Below, piece by piece: positions 35,421 to 45,046 of a stretch of 64,000 bases of DNA; positions within the stretch are counted from its first letter, which is position 1, and each line of letters starts with the position of its first letter. The notes under the pieces were generated by a model that worked only from the letters and a program-made list of their open reading frames with translations, was not told where the DNA came from and ran no database searches. A program made the position numbers and the translations under genes. Source of the DNA: a virus (lineage: Duplodnaviria; Caudoviricetes); the IMG/VR virus record IMGVR_UViG_3300030330_005745, positions 18,949-82,948 of that record; one strand, written 5' to 3'.

Positions 35421-35599
35421 GTTACATTTTGGAGATCGAAGAAGATCAAAACGGTGATCAGTACGTTACTTTCCCCGAAGACATCTTGGAAGAACTAGGT
35501 TGGTTAGAGGGCGATCTCCTCGAATGGAACATGAAAGGAGAAGGAATCACTCTTACCAAACTGAATAATCCATCGGGTTACGAAGTTATAGAAGAGTAA
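35417..35599 (+). CDS. AbrB/SpoVT-like small protein
   Basis: YVTFPEDILEELGWLEGDLLEW. Confidence 0.65.
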   Translation: MSYILEIEEDQNGDQYVTFPEDILEELGWLEGDLLEWNMKGEGITLTKLNNPSGYEVIEE

Positions 35600-35624
35600 A
35601 ATAAAAAGATCGAGCGGATAGATT

Positions 35625-35954
35625 ATGTACTACGCAGGCCAGTCTGGTATTGCAGGAGCTGTAGGAAACCTGGCTGGAGTCAGCTTCCCGATTCGTGGTG
35701 GTGCCTCGGTAGGTAGACCGTTACTTCCCAATCAAAAAGAATTAAAAGGGGATAAGCGTGATCCTAGCTTTCCTCCGGAAGAAGCTATTCCGTTACGCCT
35801 TCCTTTGGCAGGCATCCCTGGTTCTAGTAATCTGCCCGGTGCTGTAGGCAACATGCAAGGTGTTGCCAATGCAGGTCTCTACGGCGGGCCTCAGTTCAAC
35901 CAGCCAGGAAACGTAAGTCTTCCTAATGGTTTCGTCAACAAGATGGTTTCCTGA
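35625..35954 (+). CDS. Gly/Pro-rich hypothetical protein
   Basis: 109-aa ORF with an internal AGAVGNLAGV/PGAVGNMQGV repeat. Confidence 0.6.
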   Translation: MYYAGQSGIAGAVGNLAGVSFPIRGGASVGRPLLPNQKELKGDKRDPSFPPEEAIPLRLPLAGIPGSSNLPGAVGNMQGVANAGLYGGPQFNQPGNVSLPNGFVNKMVS

Positions 35955-36241
35955 TGGCACAAGACGACTCAAAATATACAAAGCCAGGTCTGCGCGAAAG
36001 CATCAAAAAGCGCATCATGGCTGGCTCCAAGGGGGGTAAGCCCGGTCAGTGGTCTGCTCGAAAAGCCCAGATGGTTGCCGCCGAATATAAAAAGAAAGGC
36101 GGTGGTTATAAAGGTGGTGAGGGCAAGAAACAGAAAGACTTGAAAAAGTGGGGTAAGGAAAAGTGGATGACAAAAGATGAATATGAAAAACGTAAAAAAG
36201 CCCGTGGTGCAGCCAAAAAGTACAAGGACAGCAAAAAATGA
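35954..36241 (+). CDS. DUF5872-like protein, N-terminal half
   Basis: YTKPGLRESIK..GSKGGKPGQWSARKAQMVAAEYKKKGGGY. Confidence 0.75.
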   Translation: MAQDDSKYTKPGLRESIKKRIMAGSKGGKPGQWSARKAQMVAAEYKKKGGGYKGGEGKKQKDLKKWGKEKWMTKDEYEKRKKARGAAKKYKDSKK

Positions 36242-36921
36242 TTAACTTTCAGGATTTATTAAATCGGGCAACCACCAAGGCTCAAGGATTTGTCATGGCA
36301 GGTCAAGAAGCTTTGCCAGCTATTTTGGGAGGTGTGATCGGAAGGGATCGAGTGGATACATCTGTTGATCCACGGATGGGACAAGGTTTGATTAATGCTT
36401 ACCGGACGGCACAGAAACGTGGTTCTGACGTCATTGATTACGAAGACTATGACATGTCTACCCCAGGAGGGATTGGTGCTAAATATACTTTTGGCACAGT
36501 AGGAAAAGATAACCTTAGATTTGATCAGGCCGGTAACGTAGTAGGTATTCGGGGTGAAAAATACGATACAGATAAAACTCCAATGCAGGCATTACGGGAA
36601 GGTAAGAAACGTTTAGAAGGAGGTGATATTACTGCTGGTATTTATAAACCCTTTGAAGCATTACTTGGTGCGGTGCAAGGCAGGGGACTAACCACTCATA
36701 ATGTTGATTTTCAACAACCAGTTGCACCTAAGCCCACTACTCCTGTAAATGCTTCTGCACCAAATCTGTCGCCTACGCAACCAGAAGCGTACAGAGTCAA
36801 ATCGGGAGATACTCTGTCAGCCATTGCAAAGCGTTTAGGCACAACAGTAGAAGATCTTGCCCGTAAAAATCAAATTCGTAACGTCAATCAAATTCAAATC
36901 GGACAACAAATACGAAGATAA
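36238..36921 (+). CDS. LysM-domain protein
   Basis: C-terminal YRVKSGDTLSAIAKRLGTTVEDLARKNQIRNVNQIQIGQQI. Confidence 0.85.
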   Translation: MINFQDLLNRATTKAQGFVMAGQEALPAILGGVIGRDRVDTSVDPRMGQGLINAYRTAQKRGSDVIDYEDYDMSTPGGIGAKYTFGTVGKDNLRFDQAGNVVGIRGEKYDTDKTPMQALREGKKRLEGGDITAGIYKPFEALLGAVQGRGLTTHNVDFQQPVAPKPTTPVNASAPNLSPTQPEAYRVKSGDTLSAIAKRLGTTVEDLARKNQIRNVNQIQIGQQIRR

Positions 36922-36927
36922 TAAAAA

Positions 36928-37104
36928 ATGATCACATCGGCTTTGCTTGCATGGTCACTTAGTTGCTCTCAGTACCACGGAGCAATTAAACGGCTGTACG
37001 CAGATCCGTTTTTTGCAAAGCCTGAAAATCGAGAAGAAAGACTTGACTTACACTATTTCTTTAAAAGTAAAACATGGCCTGAGTGCCTAGAACTGGAGGT
37101 TTGA
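36928..37104 (+). CDS. hypothetical protein, 58 aa
   Basis: Manual ORF MITSALLAWSLSCSQY...; fills the gap. Confidence 0.5.
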   Translation: MITSALLAWSLSCSQYHGAIKRLYADPFFAKPENREERLDLHYFFKSKTWPECLELEV

Positions 37105-37105
37105 A

Positions 37106-37315
37106 ATGGCAGACAAAGCAATTCAGAAAGACGGTTCTACTAAACGTTACTTGCCTGAAAAGGCATGGGCGTCTTTATCCAAAGAAGAAAGGGAGGAAAC
37201 CGATGCCAAAAAACGAGCCGGGAGCCGCAAGGGAAAACAGTTCGTTGCCAATACAGAACGAGCAAAAAAAGCAGGACGCGCAGCCCGTCGCTACAAAGAT
37301 AAAAAGAAAAAGTAA
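37106..37315 (+). CDS. DUF5872-like protein, C-terminal half
   Basis: KRYLPEKAWASLS.EE..ETDAKKRAGSRKGKQFVANT. Confidence 0.7.
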   Translation: MADKAIQKDGSTKRYLPEKAWASLSKEEREETDAKKRAGSRKGKQFVANTERAKKAGRAARRYKDKKKK

Positions 37316-37439
37316 AAAGCTTGTAAAAAAAGCGATCAAGAATGCGCACCTTTATAGTCGTGCTGAAATTCTCTACTTCAAGATGTGGCTTGAATTAAAG
37401 AAGCAGGCGAAGACTGCTAAGATCAATAAAGATAAATAG
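37203..37439 (+). CDS. basic hypothetical protein
   Basis: KKLVKKAIKNAHLYSRAEILYFKMWL resembles a cyanophage small protein; start uncertain. Confidence 0.45.
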   Translation: MPKNEPGAARENSSLPIQNEQKKQDAQPVATKIKRKSKKLVKKAIKNAHLYSRAEILYFKMWLELKKQAKTAKINKDK

Positions 37440-37451
37440 GAAAATAGTTGG

Positions 37452-39800
37452 ATGGCTGTAGACGCAAAAGCCAGACTCAAAGAAATTATTGATTCCTATC
37501 TCGATAAGGATGGGGGTTCCCATATCGATACGGGTATTGTTGCGTCTCACCTAGCCCAGATGAAACTGTTCGGCATCCGACAGGGTGTCGAGTTTTTTCC
37601 TGCGCAAGACAATTTTGGAAGTCAGCGCAAAGATTTTGTTGACCGTGTAATCAAATACAACCAGCTGGATACACGCCTGGATTCTATCTGGGACTATTTC
37701 TTGTGTGATGGACAAGGGATGTTTTACATCCGTCCTACACAGAACAACTATCGTCTCTATTACTTCCGTCGTCACGAATATCGAAGTTTCTACAACATCG
37801 ACGGTGAGTTAGATGAAGTGGTCATCATCTACAGCTATAAAGTCCGCCAAGGACTTGGTTACCAGCAAGACATCGAGTCTGACACGATTTCTGGTCCAGC
37901 AGGTATGGGCCGTGGTGGTGTCAAGCGTTATATTCGTCTGTCTATTAAACGTAAAACTATCGAAGAAACACACTCAGAAGGTGAAATTTCATTCGATACT
38001 AATTACCAAGCCATACAAGGGAAGACTAAAACATTTAAAAATTCACTTGGATTCATTCCTTGTGTTGAAATTTTTAACAACGCTAAAGGCTTTTCTGCAG
38101 AAGGTGTCGGTGAATTTGATGCGTTAGCGAATCATATTTGTACGCATGATGACATGATCCGCACAATGCGGAAGAACGTAACCTTTTTTGGGAATCCTAC
38201 GCTACTTTCTTCAAGGCCAAAAACTGATTTAATGGAATCAGGTGGAGATGCTGTTGTTCAGCGTCCCTCTATTGCAGCTAGTTCAGGTTTTTCTGGCCCC
38301 GGTGCTTTAAGCCAATCTCGGTTTAAGTCAGATCCCGTATCCCGTGGAGTAGATGGTCAGATCCGAGTACCGCGAGTAATTGCAAACTTGGAACCGAATG
38401 ACCGTGTTGGCTATATCGTTCCTGACGCGATTACCGGTGACCAAAACTCTTTCGCTCGACAGTATAGGGAAGAAATTCGTACTGCTCTTGGCGGTGTGGA
38501 TGAGCTGTCGATTTCTGCTGGTGTTACTGCAACTGAGTACAAATCCTTATTTGGGCGCGTCGCCGCGACATCCAAGAAAAAGAGCAACTCAATTTACACG
38601 TACGGAATCTGTCGTTGTCTTGAACTAATTATTTATCAAGAAGAAAAGTTATTCCGTGACAGTCTTGCCGCTGCCGCTGGGTTGGAAAAACCTCTTGAGT
38701 TAGCAGAAACAGCTACTGCAGAAGATATTGCAGGCTATGAGCAGGCAATGGAAATGTATGAAGAACAGACCAAACAGTTAATGATGGCCTGTCTTCAAAC
38801 ACAGCAAATTCCACCAGGTGTTTTTGGTTTAATTCCTGATGGTGACGTCACCATTCAATGGCGTTGGATGGGTCCTGTGTACGAAGATTCGACCCAAGAT
38901 GTATTAAATAACTCCATTGTTGTACGAAATCTGCAAGAATTAGGTGTTGATAGCATTGAGGCACTGAAATACCTCTTCCCCTCAAAAACGGATGAGGAAA
39001 GGGCCGCGATGCTATCGGGGTTCCCATTCAGGATGGTGAACGAATTGCAGGGTGCATACTCTCAATTTGCCCGCCTTGTGGGGGGAATGATGCAGACCCC
39101 TCACCCGCAATCACCGGATTTACCGATGGCTGCGGATCCCCGATTGGATTTAACCCCATATCTGTATCGCACCTTAGAAGCCTTACAAAAGGAGATGAGT
39201 TATGCAGGACGCTACCGTCCAATCGATCCCACAGACGAGCCAAGCGTCGTCAGCCGTCGCTCCGAGCAGCTACGTGGCAGCAGCACCGGCGGCAGCTCCG
39301 GCACCGGCAGCAGCGCCGGCGGCTTATCAAGTGGGTACGAGCTACCCCCAAGCGGTACCTCAGGCAGCCCCCAGCTACCAATCCGCCCCTACTCAGTACG
39401 CCCCCCAATCCCAACCGGAGGCACAGAACAGCCCCTGGGAATCGGCATTCAACAAGGTGGTGGGTCTACTGAGTCAACCAGTCCAATCCCCGTTCCAGGC
39501 TCAACCGTCTCAAGCGCCGACAGCATTTACCCCGGCGAACTACGGACAACAGAGCGCCCCGGCTACGCAACAATCGGATCCGCTGACCTGGTCTCCCAAC
39601 CAGGTATCCTCTCCCAGCTCTTCCCAAACCTCCTCGAGTCCCTCCTTGGATCAAGTGGCGGACCTGGTGGGGATGAGCGCGGAAAGCCGTCAGGTGATGG
39701 ACGCGTTCGGAGTCGAGGCACCGGTTCTTCTGAACAACTACGCGGTGGAACTGGAAGGTCTGGTCGACAGCGCCGTGGCGTGGGGAAATCGCGCAACTAA
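37452..39800 (+). CDS. portal protein with a roughly 200-aa Gly/Ser/Pro C-terminal extension
   Basis: Position between terL and scaffold/capsid; about 580-aa structured core. Confidence 0.75.
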   Translation: MAVDAKARLKEIIDSYLDKDGGSHIDTGIVASHLAQMKLFGIRQGVEFFPAQDNFGSQRKDFVDRVIKYNQLDTRLDSIWDYFLCDGQGMFYIRPTQNNYRLYYFRRHEYRSFYNIDGELDEVVIIYSYKVRQGLGYQQDIESDTISGPAGMGRGGVKRYIRLSIKRKTIEETHSEGEISFDTNYQAIQGKTKTFKNSLGFIPCVEIFNNAKGFSAEGVGEFDALANHICTHDDMIRTMRKNVTFFGNPTLLSSRPKTDLMESGGDAVVQRPSIAASSGFSGPGALSQSRFKSDPVSRGVDGQIRVPRVIANLEPNDRVGYIVPDAITGDQNSFARQYREEIRTALGGVDELSISAGVTATEYKSLFGRVAATSKKKSNSIYTYGICRCLELIIYQEEKLFRDSLAAAAGLEKPLELAETATAEDIAGYEQAMEMYEEQTKQLMMACLQTQQIPPGVFGLIPDGDVTIQWRWMGPVYEDSTQDVLNNSIVVRNLQELGVDSIEALKYLFPSKTDEERAAMLSGFPFRMVNELQGAYSQFARLVGGMMQTPHPQSPDLPMAADPRLDLTPYLYRTLEALQKEMSYAGRYRPIDPTDEPSVVSRRSEQLRGSSTGGSSGTGSSAGGLSSGYELPPSGTSGSPQLPIRPYSVRPPIPTGGTEQPLGIGIQQGGGSTESTSPIPVPGSTVSSADSIYPGELRTTERPGYATIGSADLVSQPGILSQLFPNLLESLLGSSGGPGGDERGKPSGDGRVRSRGTGSSEQLRGGTGRSGRQRRGVGKSRN

Positions 39801-40182
39801 CGCAATCAAAGGTTACGCCAACTTTGCGGTTAACGAGCATCAAGAGAACCTCGCCTATAACGAGATTCTTACCAACCCTGATGTTCTCAGCGATTACACC
39901 CTGAAGTTCTTCGGCCCTGAAGGTCCGTACCCTGTGTACGAGAACGAAGGTCAGTTGGAAACCCAAGGTTATCCCACCGCTCCTGTTGAGCAGCAGCAAA
40001 ATGTTATGGCCCAAATCGGCCAGCAAATGCCTGCTCCCCCTCAGGCAGAAGCACCCCAAGCCCCCGAAAACTTCTGGGGTACTTTCAGCGAGCAAATGGC
40101 CCGTGATCCCCAGAACGCCTGGCGGACTCTGAACCAGGCTCAGCCTCAAACTGTTGCAAACAAACTGTTTGTAATGGAGTGA
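39202..40182 (+). CDS. capsid scaffolding protein
   Basis: Ala/Pro/Gln low-complexity N-half and helical C-half, directly before the capsid gene. Confidence 0.7.
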   Translation: MQDATVQSIPQTSQASSAVAPSSYVAAAPAAAPAPAAAPAAYQVGTSYPQAVPQAAPSYQSAPTQYAPQSQPEAQNSPWESAFNKVVGLLSQPVQSPFQAQPSQAPTAFTPANYGQQSAPATQQSDPLTWSPNQVSSPSSSQTSSSPSLDQVADLVGMSAESRQVMDAFGVEAPVLLNNYAVELEGLVDSAVAWGNRATNAIKGYANFAVNEHQENLAYNEILTNPDVLSDYTLKFFGPEGPYPVYENEGQLETQGYPTAPVEQQQNVMAQIGQQMPAPPQAEAPQAPENFWGTFSEQMARDPQNAWRTLNQAQPQTVANKLFVME

Positions 40183-40303
40183 TAGTTAGCCGGTAATTTT
40201 CTTAAATTATCGGCTGCTAAAATTTGTGTTAGATAAGACATATCAATATGTCTGAATCTTTCATCCGCTAAACATTCCCTGCGACACTGGAGGATAAACT
40301 AAA

Positions 40304-41467
40304 GTGTTCATTGATAACGACTTTCCAAAGATTCTTGGTGCGGAGCTGTATCGCCCCCACCCTGCTTACATCGCGGAAATGGCGGTTGAGCCCGTGGTCG
40401 TCCACGACTTCACCCGTCAGCCCGGTCAGACCGTTCAGTTAGACCGCTACAAGTTCTGGGGTACTCCTGGTACCAAGGACAGCCGTGAGCGCATTGCTGA
40501 CCAGACCATTGGCACCGCCAACAGCCGCAACATCACCAAGGAGAAGGTGCTTGTTGTGCTTAAGGAGTACACCGGTCCTGCGGACCCGGGTGATGCAACC
40601 CAGCCCAGCACCTTCAAGATTGCTCGTGAAACCCTGGTGACCGCTCAGCGTCTCCTGCTGGATTCCGGCAACCTGAACATGTTCCACCAGAGCATCGGTT
40701 CTCTGACCCTGCTCGACGACTATCGCCGTTGGCGTGACCGCGTCTTCATCGACGAACTGTCCAAAGCTGAAGCAAATGGTGCCGCCTCTACTTCTCAAGG
40801 TGGTTACTACTTCGCTGGTGGCAAGACCAAGGATTCCTCCGGTCGCGTTTCCTACACCGCCGATGAGTACGGCACCCAGACCCAGCAGTTCTCTGTCAAG
40901 ACTGACCTGCTGACTGTTGTTAAGGACCTCCGTAAGCGTAACGTTCCTACTTACGCTGATGGCCTGTATCGCGCCATCGTGGATCCCACCTTCATGATGC
41001 ACCTGCGTCGTGACAGTGACTTCCGCGAGATCGCCCGTTACGCTGGCAATCCTGGTCAAGGCATGTACATGGGCAACCCCATGATGCCTAACAACTCCAG
41101 CTTCTACATGGGTCCTCAGGCTGGTCAGGCCTACTTCCTGGCTGGTGAGCCTGTGATGCCTACTGGCGTCCAGTTTGAAGGTGTGAAGTTCTTCGAGTCC
41201 ACCAACTTCCCGACCAAGAACGTCACCTCTTCCTTCGATGGTGGTAGCAACTACTCTTCCAGAGAAGTCGCCCAAGGTTACTTCTTCGGTCCTCAGTCCA
41301 TCGGTGTTGGTATCGGCGGCCCGAACGCTCAGGTGCTGATCAACAACAACGATGACTTCAGCCGCTTCATCATCCTCATCTGGCAACTGTACGCTGGCTT
41401 CGAGATCCTGAACAAGGACTTCGTGACCACCGGCTTCAGCTTCGTCGAGGACGACGGCTCTATCTGA
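40304..41467 (+). CDS. major capsid protein
   Basis: 387 aa, strong high-expression codon bias, GQTVQLDRY, HK97-like YRAIVDP; preceded by GGAGG. Confidence 0.85.
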   Translation: MFIDNDFPKILGAELYRPHPAYIAEMAVEPVVVHDFTRQPGQTVQLDRYKFWGTPGTKDSRERIADQTIGTANSRNITKEKVLVVLKEYTGPADPGDATQPSTFKIARETLVTAQRLLLDSGNLNMFHQSIGSLTLLDDYRRWRDRVFIDELSKAEANGAASTSQGGYYFAGGKTKDSSGRVSYTADEYGTQTQQFSVKTDLLTVVKDLRKRNVPTYADGLYRAIVDPTFMMHLRRDSDFREIARYAGNPGQGMYMGNPMMPNNSSFYMGPQAGQAYFLAGEPVMPTGVQFEGVKFFESTNFPTKNVTSSFDGGSNYSSREVAQGYFFGPQSIGVGIGGPNAQVLINNNDDFSRFIILIWQLYAGFEILNKDFVTTGFSFVEDDGSI

Positions 41468-41502
41468 TCCTTATAAATAGATAACTCATCTAGGAGAAAT
41501 AA

Positions 41503-42303
41503 ATGTCTTATTTGTCGGCTAAGAAAATCTACCCAGGTAACTGGGCAGAACCCCTGAACGGTTGGTACAAAAACATTGATACCAACGACAGCGGTAGCAA
41601 CGACAAAACCAAGGGCGGCCCCACTTCGGTGCTGGCCGTTCCTGGTTATCGTTACTTCCAACAACGCGGTTATGTGGCAGTTCCTTCTGCCTCCGGCACC
41701 GCCGTTACCGCTACCGGCGACGTGATCGTTCCTTCCCCTTATCGGAATGACGACACCCGTACCGATATCACCGGTATGGTGATCTCTGGCAGCAGCACCA
41801 TCCCTGCTTACGTTTATCGCGCCACCGTTTCCGTGGCTTCTGGCTGGGGTGATGGCCGCGTTGCTTCCGGCGTTTACGCTGCTACCGGCAACGTGATTAC
41901 CTTCTGTCGTGACAGCAGCGGCCCTGTGTCCGCTAATGGCGCTGGCGAAGGCGTTGCTCAGGCCAACCTGACCTCCACCGCTGCTGGTGTCCGTGCTGGT
42001 GAAATTTACTTCGCTGGTGCCTCAGCTGCTTATAGCTCTCAGCCCTTCCCCACCGCTACTGGTGCTGCTGGTCTGGCTACCGGTGTGATCCATAAGCAGA
42101 TCACCGCTGCTACCACCTTCAAGGTGTTTGCTCGCGCCACCGTGACTGGTACCTCCACCTCCGGCGGTTTCTACATCTCTGATGCAGATGCTGATGCAAA
42201 CCGTAAGGGTTACCTGGTGACTGAAGTCTGCTACCTGCAGCCTGATGAAGCACCTGGCTACGAGGATATCGAAGCTTATATCCCCGCCCGCACTATTAGC
42301 TGA
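41503..42303 (+). CDS. abundant structural protein (decoration or tail tube)
   Basis: Same codon bias as the capsid gene; Gly/Ala/Thr beta-rich. Confidence 0.6.
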   Translation: MSYLSAKKIYPGNWAEPLNGWYKNIDTNDSGSNDKTKGGPTSVLAVPGYRYFQQRGYVAVPSASGTAVTATGDVIVPSPYRNDDTRTDITGMVISGSSTIPAYVYRATVSVASGWGDGRVASGVYAATGNVITFCRDSSGPVSANGAGEGVAQANLTSTAAGVRAGEIYFAGASAAYSSQPFPTATGAAGLATGVIHKQITAATTFKVFARATVTGTSTSGGFYISDADADANRKGYLVTEVCYLQPDEAPGYEDIEAYIPARTIS

Positions 42304-42341
42304 TTGAGGTAAACTAGGACCAGAAATAAAATCTGGTCCTT

Positions 42342-42752
42342 ATGCTTTATCAGCACAAAAAGACGGGAACTCGTGTAAAAATTGTCAGTGAGTTTGATAA
42401 TGGCGATTGGTTTATGGTCCAAGACCAAGACGATCGCATTTTCACCGCTTACAAAAACGAGTTAACACCTGACGAGCCCGCCACCAAAAAGGTAAAAACT
42501 CTTCAGGTAAAAGATAAAGCAGCAAAGGAAGAACCCCGTAACTTCCCGCCTGATACTCGCCTCAATATCAATGGGGCGACTGCACAGATGATCGCAGATC
42601 ATATTAAGGGTATCGGCATTAAAACAGCCAGAGAAATTAAAGATCTCCAGATGTCCTTATCGGGTGAAAGATTCAATAATCTCGAACAACTAAAGCAAAT
42701 CAAGCGGGTTGATTGGGATTCTGTTATTGCTGCTGATTTGATTAGAGTGTAA
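42342..42752 (+). CDS. helix-hairpin-helix (ComEA-like) DNA-binding protein
   Basis: RLNINGATAQMIADHIKGIGIKTAREI...FNNLEQL. Confidence 0.75.
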   Translation: MLYQHKKTGTRVKIVSEFDNGDWFMVQDQDDRIFTAYKNELTPDEPATKKVKTLQVKDKAAKEEPRNFPPDTRLNINGATAQMIADHIKGIGIKTAREIKDLQMSLSGERFNNLEQLKQIKRVDWDSVIAADLIRV

Positions 42753-42760
42753 GGCTTCTT

Positions 42761-42783
42761 CCCCGGGCAACCGGGGTTTTTTA
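42761..42783 (+). terminator. intrinsic terminator
   Basis: CCCCGG-GCAA-CCGGGG-TTTTTT. Confidence 0.8.
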
Positions 42784-42826
42784 TTGATTACATCAATTTA
42801 TAATTGAATGACGCGGAGGCTTTGTA

Positions 42827-43288
42827 GTGCAGCTATCTGACTTTGATAAAAGTAGGGTCAGGTATCACCTGGGCTACTTTACAACTTCTGTCCCAGCGGG
42901 TGATTATGCCCGTTTGGAAGAAGCTATGAATACCATTCCGGATTCATTCTTCTACGACAAAATCACCATTCAGATTGGCCGCTGCGACACTGCAGAAAAG
43001 AAAACTGAAGTCGCTGATTCCCCTTCTACCAGAATTGAAACGATCCTGGGCGACGTGGATCGTACGATTAAATCCAGCAATGCCAAGGAGGCATTGAAGG
43101 TATGGGATGAGATTTACCTGTACGAAACAAACCGTTTGGCAGGTATTCTTTACGTTCCTAATTACAAAGATCCTTTCCAGGCACGTTATCGCTACGAACG
43201 TTCTGGTGCGGAGTTTATTCAAGCATTACCTGGCCCAGCCGATACAGCTGTTGGTTCCAGAATCTATTTAAATGAGGTTTGGAGATAA
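42827..43288 (+). CDS. putative head-tail adaptor
   Basis: DKSRVRYHLGY N-terminal pattern and position after the head genes. Confidence 0.5.
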   Translation: MQLSDFDKSRVRYHLGYFTTSVPAGDYARLEEAMNTIPDSFFYDKITIQIGRCDTAEKKTEVADSPSTRIETILGDVDRTIKSSNAKEALKVWDEIYLYETNRLAGILYVPNYKDPFQARYRYERSGAEFIQALPGPADTAVGSRIYLNEVWR

Positions 43289-43962
43289 TGGCACAAACAG
43301 GTCAGTTGTCGCCCACAGATCGGGCCGCATTTTTAAAAACTTCTCAAAATTTAGGTTTAAGTCCTTATGAGTTTGGCGGGTTGATCCAACTGGAATCAGG
43401 TTTCCGTCCAAATGTTATGGGTGGGGAAGGGGGCCGATATAAAGGCCTAATTCAATTTGGACCTGGAGCTAGGCAGGAAGTAGGACTCCCTTCCAGGGAC
43501 ATGACTATTGCTGAGCAACTTCCATATGTTGAACGTTATTTTCAACAACGGGGTTACCAGCCCGGTATGGGAATTCAAAAAGCATATGCAACTGTTTTAG
43601 GCGGTAATCCAGACGCAAACATCAACTACAAGGATGCGTTTGGAACCAGTGTTGCAAGTGCTGTTCCTCGAATGAAAGAAGGCGGAGATCTTTATAAAAC
43701 AGCGCAACAAGTCTTAGGACCATTAGACACTCAAAGCTATGGAGGAGCAAGTGCTGCCGCTGGCGGCCTTGACATGAAAAGTAGTGAAAGACAATCTGAG
43801 CCTGCTCGATCCTCTATTGTTAGGTCTCTTCTTGGTCAATCTCTTGGTTTGGAAACTAAGTCGGACCTTAATAAGAAAAATTCGTTAGCAAACTCATTAC
43901 GGGACTCTGTAATTCAGTCAGTTCTTTCTAACGCCATGAATCCGTTTGGAGGGATGTTCTGA
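43288..43962 (+). CDS. virion-associated lytic transglycosylase-like protein
   Basis: LIQLESGF (catalytic Glu), GLIQF, YATVLGGNP. Confidence 0.75.
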   Translation: MAQTGQLSPTDRAAFLKTSQNLGLSPYEFGGLIQLESGFRPNVMGGEGGRYKGLIQFGPGARQEVGLPSRDMTIAEQLPYVERYFQQRGYQPGMGIQKAYATVLGGNPDANINYKDAFGTSVASAVPRMKEGGDLYKTAQQVLGPLDTQSYGGASAAAGGLDMKSSERQSEPARSSIVRSLLGQSLGLETKSDLNKKNSLANSLRDSVIQSVLSNAMNPFGGMF

Positions 43963-44231
43963 TGTCTAAAGTCGCAGATTTTCTAGAAAGTTATCTTGAA
44001 GAATACATTTCTTCTGCACAAGGTCCAGGAGAGATTCTTCGAACAAATATTGCTACTCCTGCTGACATGGGAAAAGTTTTTAGTGGCACCAGTAAATTTA
44101 AAGCCGAAAAAACACCAGATCGCTTTCAGGAGTTTCTAACGATACAGAATAATCCTGAAGCCTTGTCCCAAAATGTCGTGGCACGATATTCACCAGGATT
44201 TATTAACGCGATGTCTATGTTTGGTCGCTAA
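43962..44231 (+). CDS. hypothetical protein
   Basis: 89-aa coupled ORF. Confidence 0.55.
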   Translation: MSKVADFLESYLEEYISSAQGPGEILRTNIATPADMGKVFSGTSKFKAEKTPDRFQEFLTIQNNPEALSQNVVARYSPGFINAMSMFGR

Positions 44232-44264
44232 CGCTATAATTAGAAAAAAGCAGCATAGTTAGAA

Positions 44265-45044
44265 GTGTCTAGTACCTCCACCAATAAACAGCCGCTTCTT
44301 GTTGACCGGCCTTTATTTGACTCAGTTCGCGTAACTACACAGACTGTTGGTAGTGCATCTACTAACACTGTGTTTGTACAGGGTGGTCAGGCACCGTCCA
44401 TTCTGGTGGATATGGATGCTGCTTTAAGTGAAGACAACAATAATGGTGGTGTTGTAGATGCCATCACAATTACCAGAAACGATTTTTATCGTGAAGAAGA
44501 TTTTGAAGTAAATACCACCACTTCAGGATCTGTTATTTCCCTGGTAAGTGGACAAGTTGTTTTTGTTTCTAATACAGGTGTTTTAACTAACGGCACTGCT
44601 AGCGGATATGGTTACTACACCTATACAGGTTCTAGTACCCTTACAGGTGTTAATACAGCTTTAAATTATTCCGGGGGTATTGCCTCTGGCTTTACTTACC
44701 AAGGTGTTGCCTACGGTGAAATGCCTGCAGCAACTTTTGTTTTCTACCATACACGCGGAACCACCACACCCATTCCTGCATCTGGTGACTACAAAGTGTT
44801 GTTCGCCAAGACGATTCCTGCCAACAGTGGTGTGGTTGACTGTTCTGACTTAATGCCTCAACTTGCGACTCCTGTTGCACAGGCTGGTAATACTGATGGC
44901 TTAGGTGCTGGTGCCCCCCTCCGTAACAAAGGAATTGTTTTAGAACGTGGCGACCGTATTTACGTTGGCGTATTTCCTGACGGTCCGAACATTTCTGGCT
45001 ACACCCCAGGTGCTCACATTAGTGCGCAAGGCGGATTCTTCTAA
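44265..45044 (+). CDS. putative tail structural protein
   Basis: Thr/Gly/Val beta-rich, 259 aa. Confidence 0.55.
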   Translation: MSSTSTNKQPLLVDRPLFDSVRVTTQTVGSASTNTVFVQGGQAPSILVDMDAALSEDNNNGGVVDAITITRNDFYREEDFEVNTTTSGSVISLVSGQVVFVSNTGVLTNGTASGYGYYTYTGSSTLTGVNTALNYSGGIASGFTYQGVAYGEMPAATFVFYHTRGTTTPIPASGDYKVLFAKTIPANSGVVDCSDLMPQLATPVAQAGNTDGLGAGAPLRNKGIVLERGDRIYVGVFPDGPNISGYTPGAHISAQGGFF

Positions 45045-45046
45045 GC

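Noticed and set aside
40439-41386. 315-aa antisense ORF opposite the major capsid gene
   Set aside because: Expected shadow of strong codon bias in a highly expressed gene; no recognisable motifs
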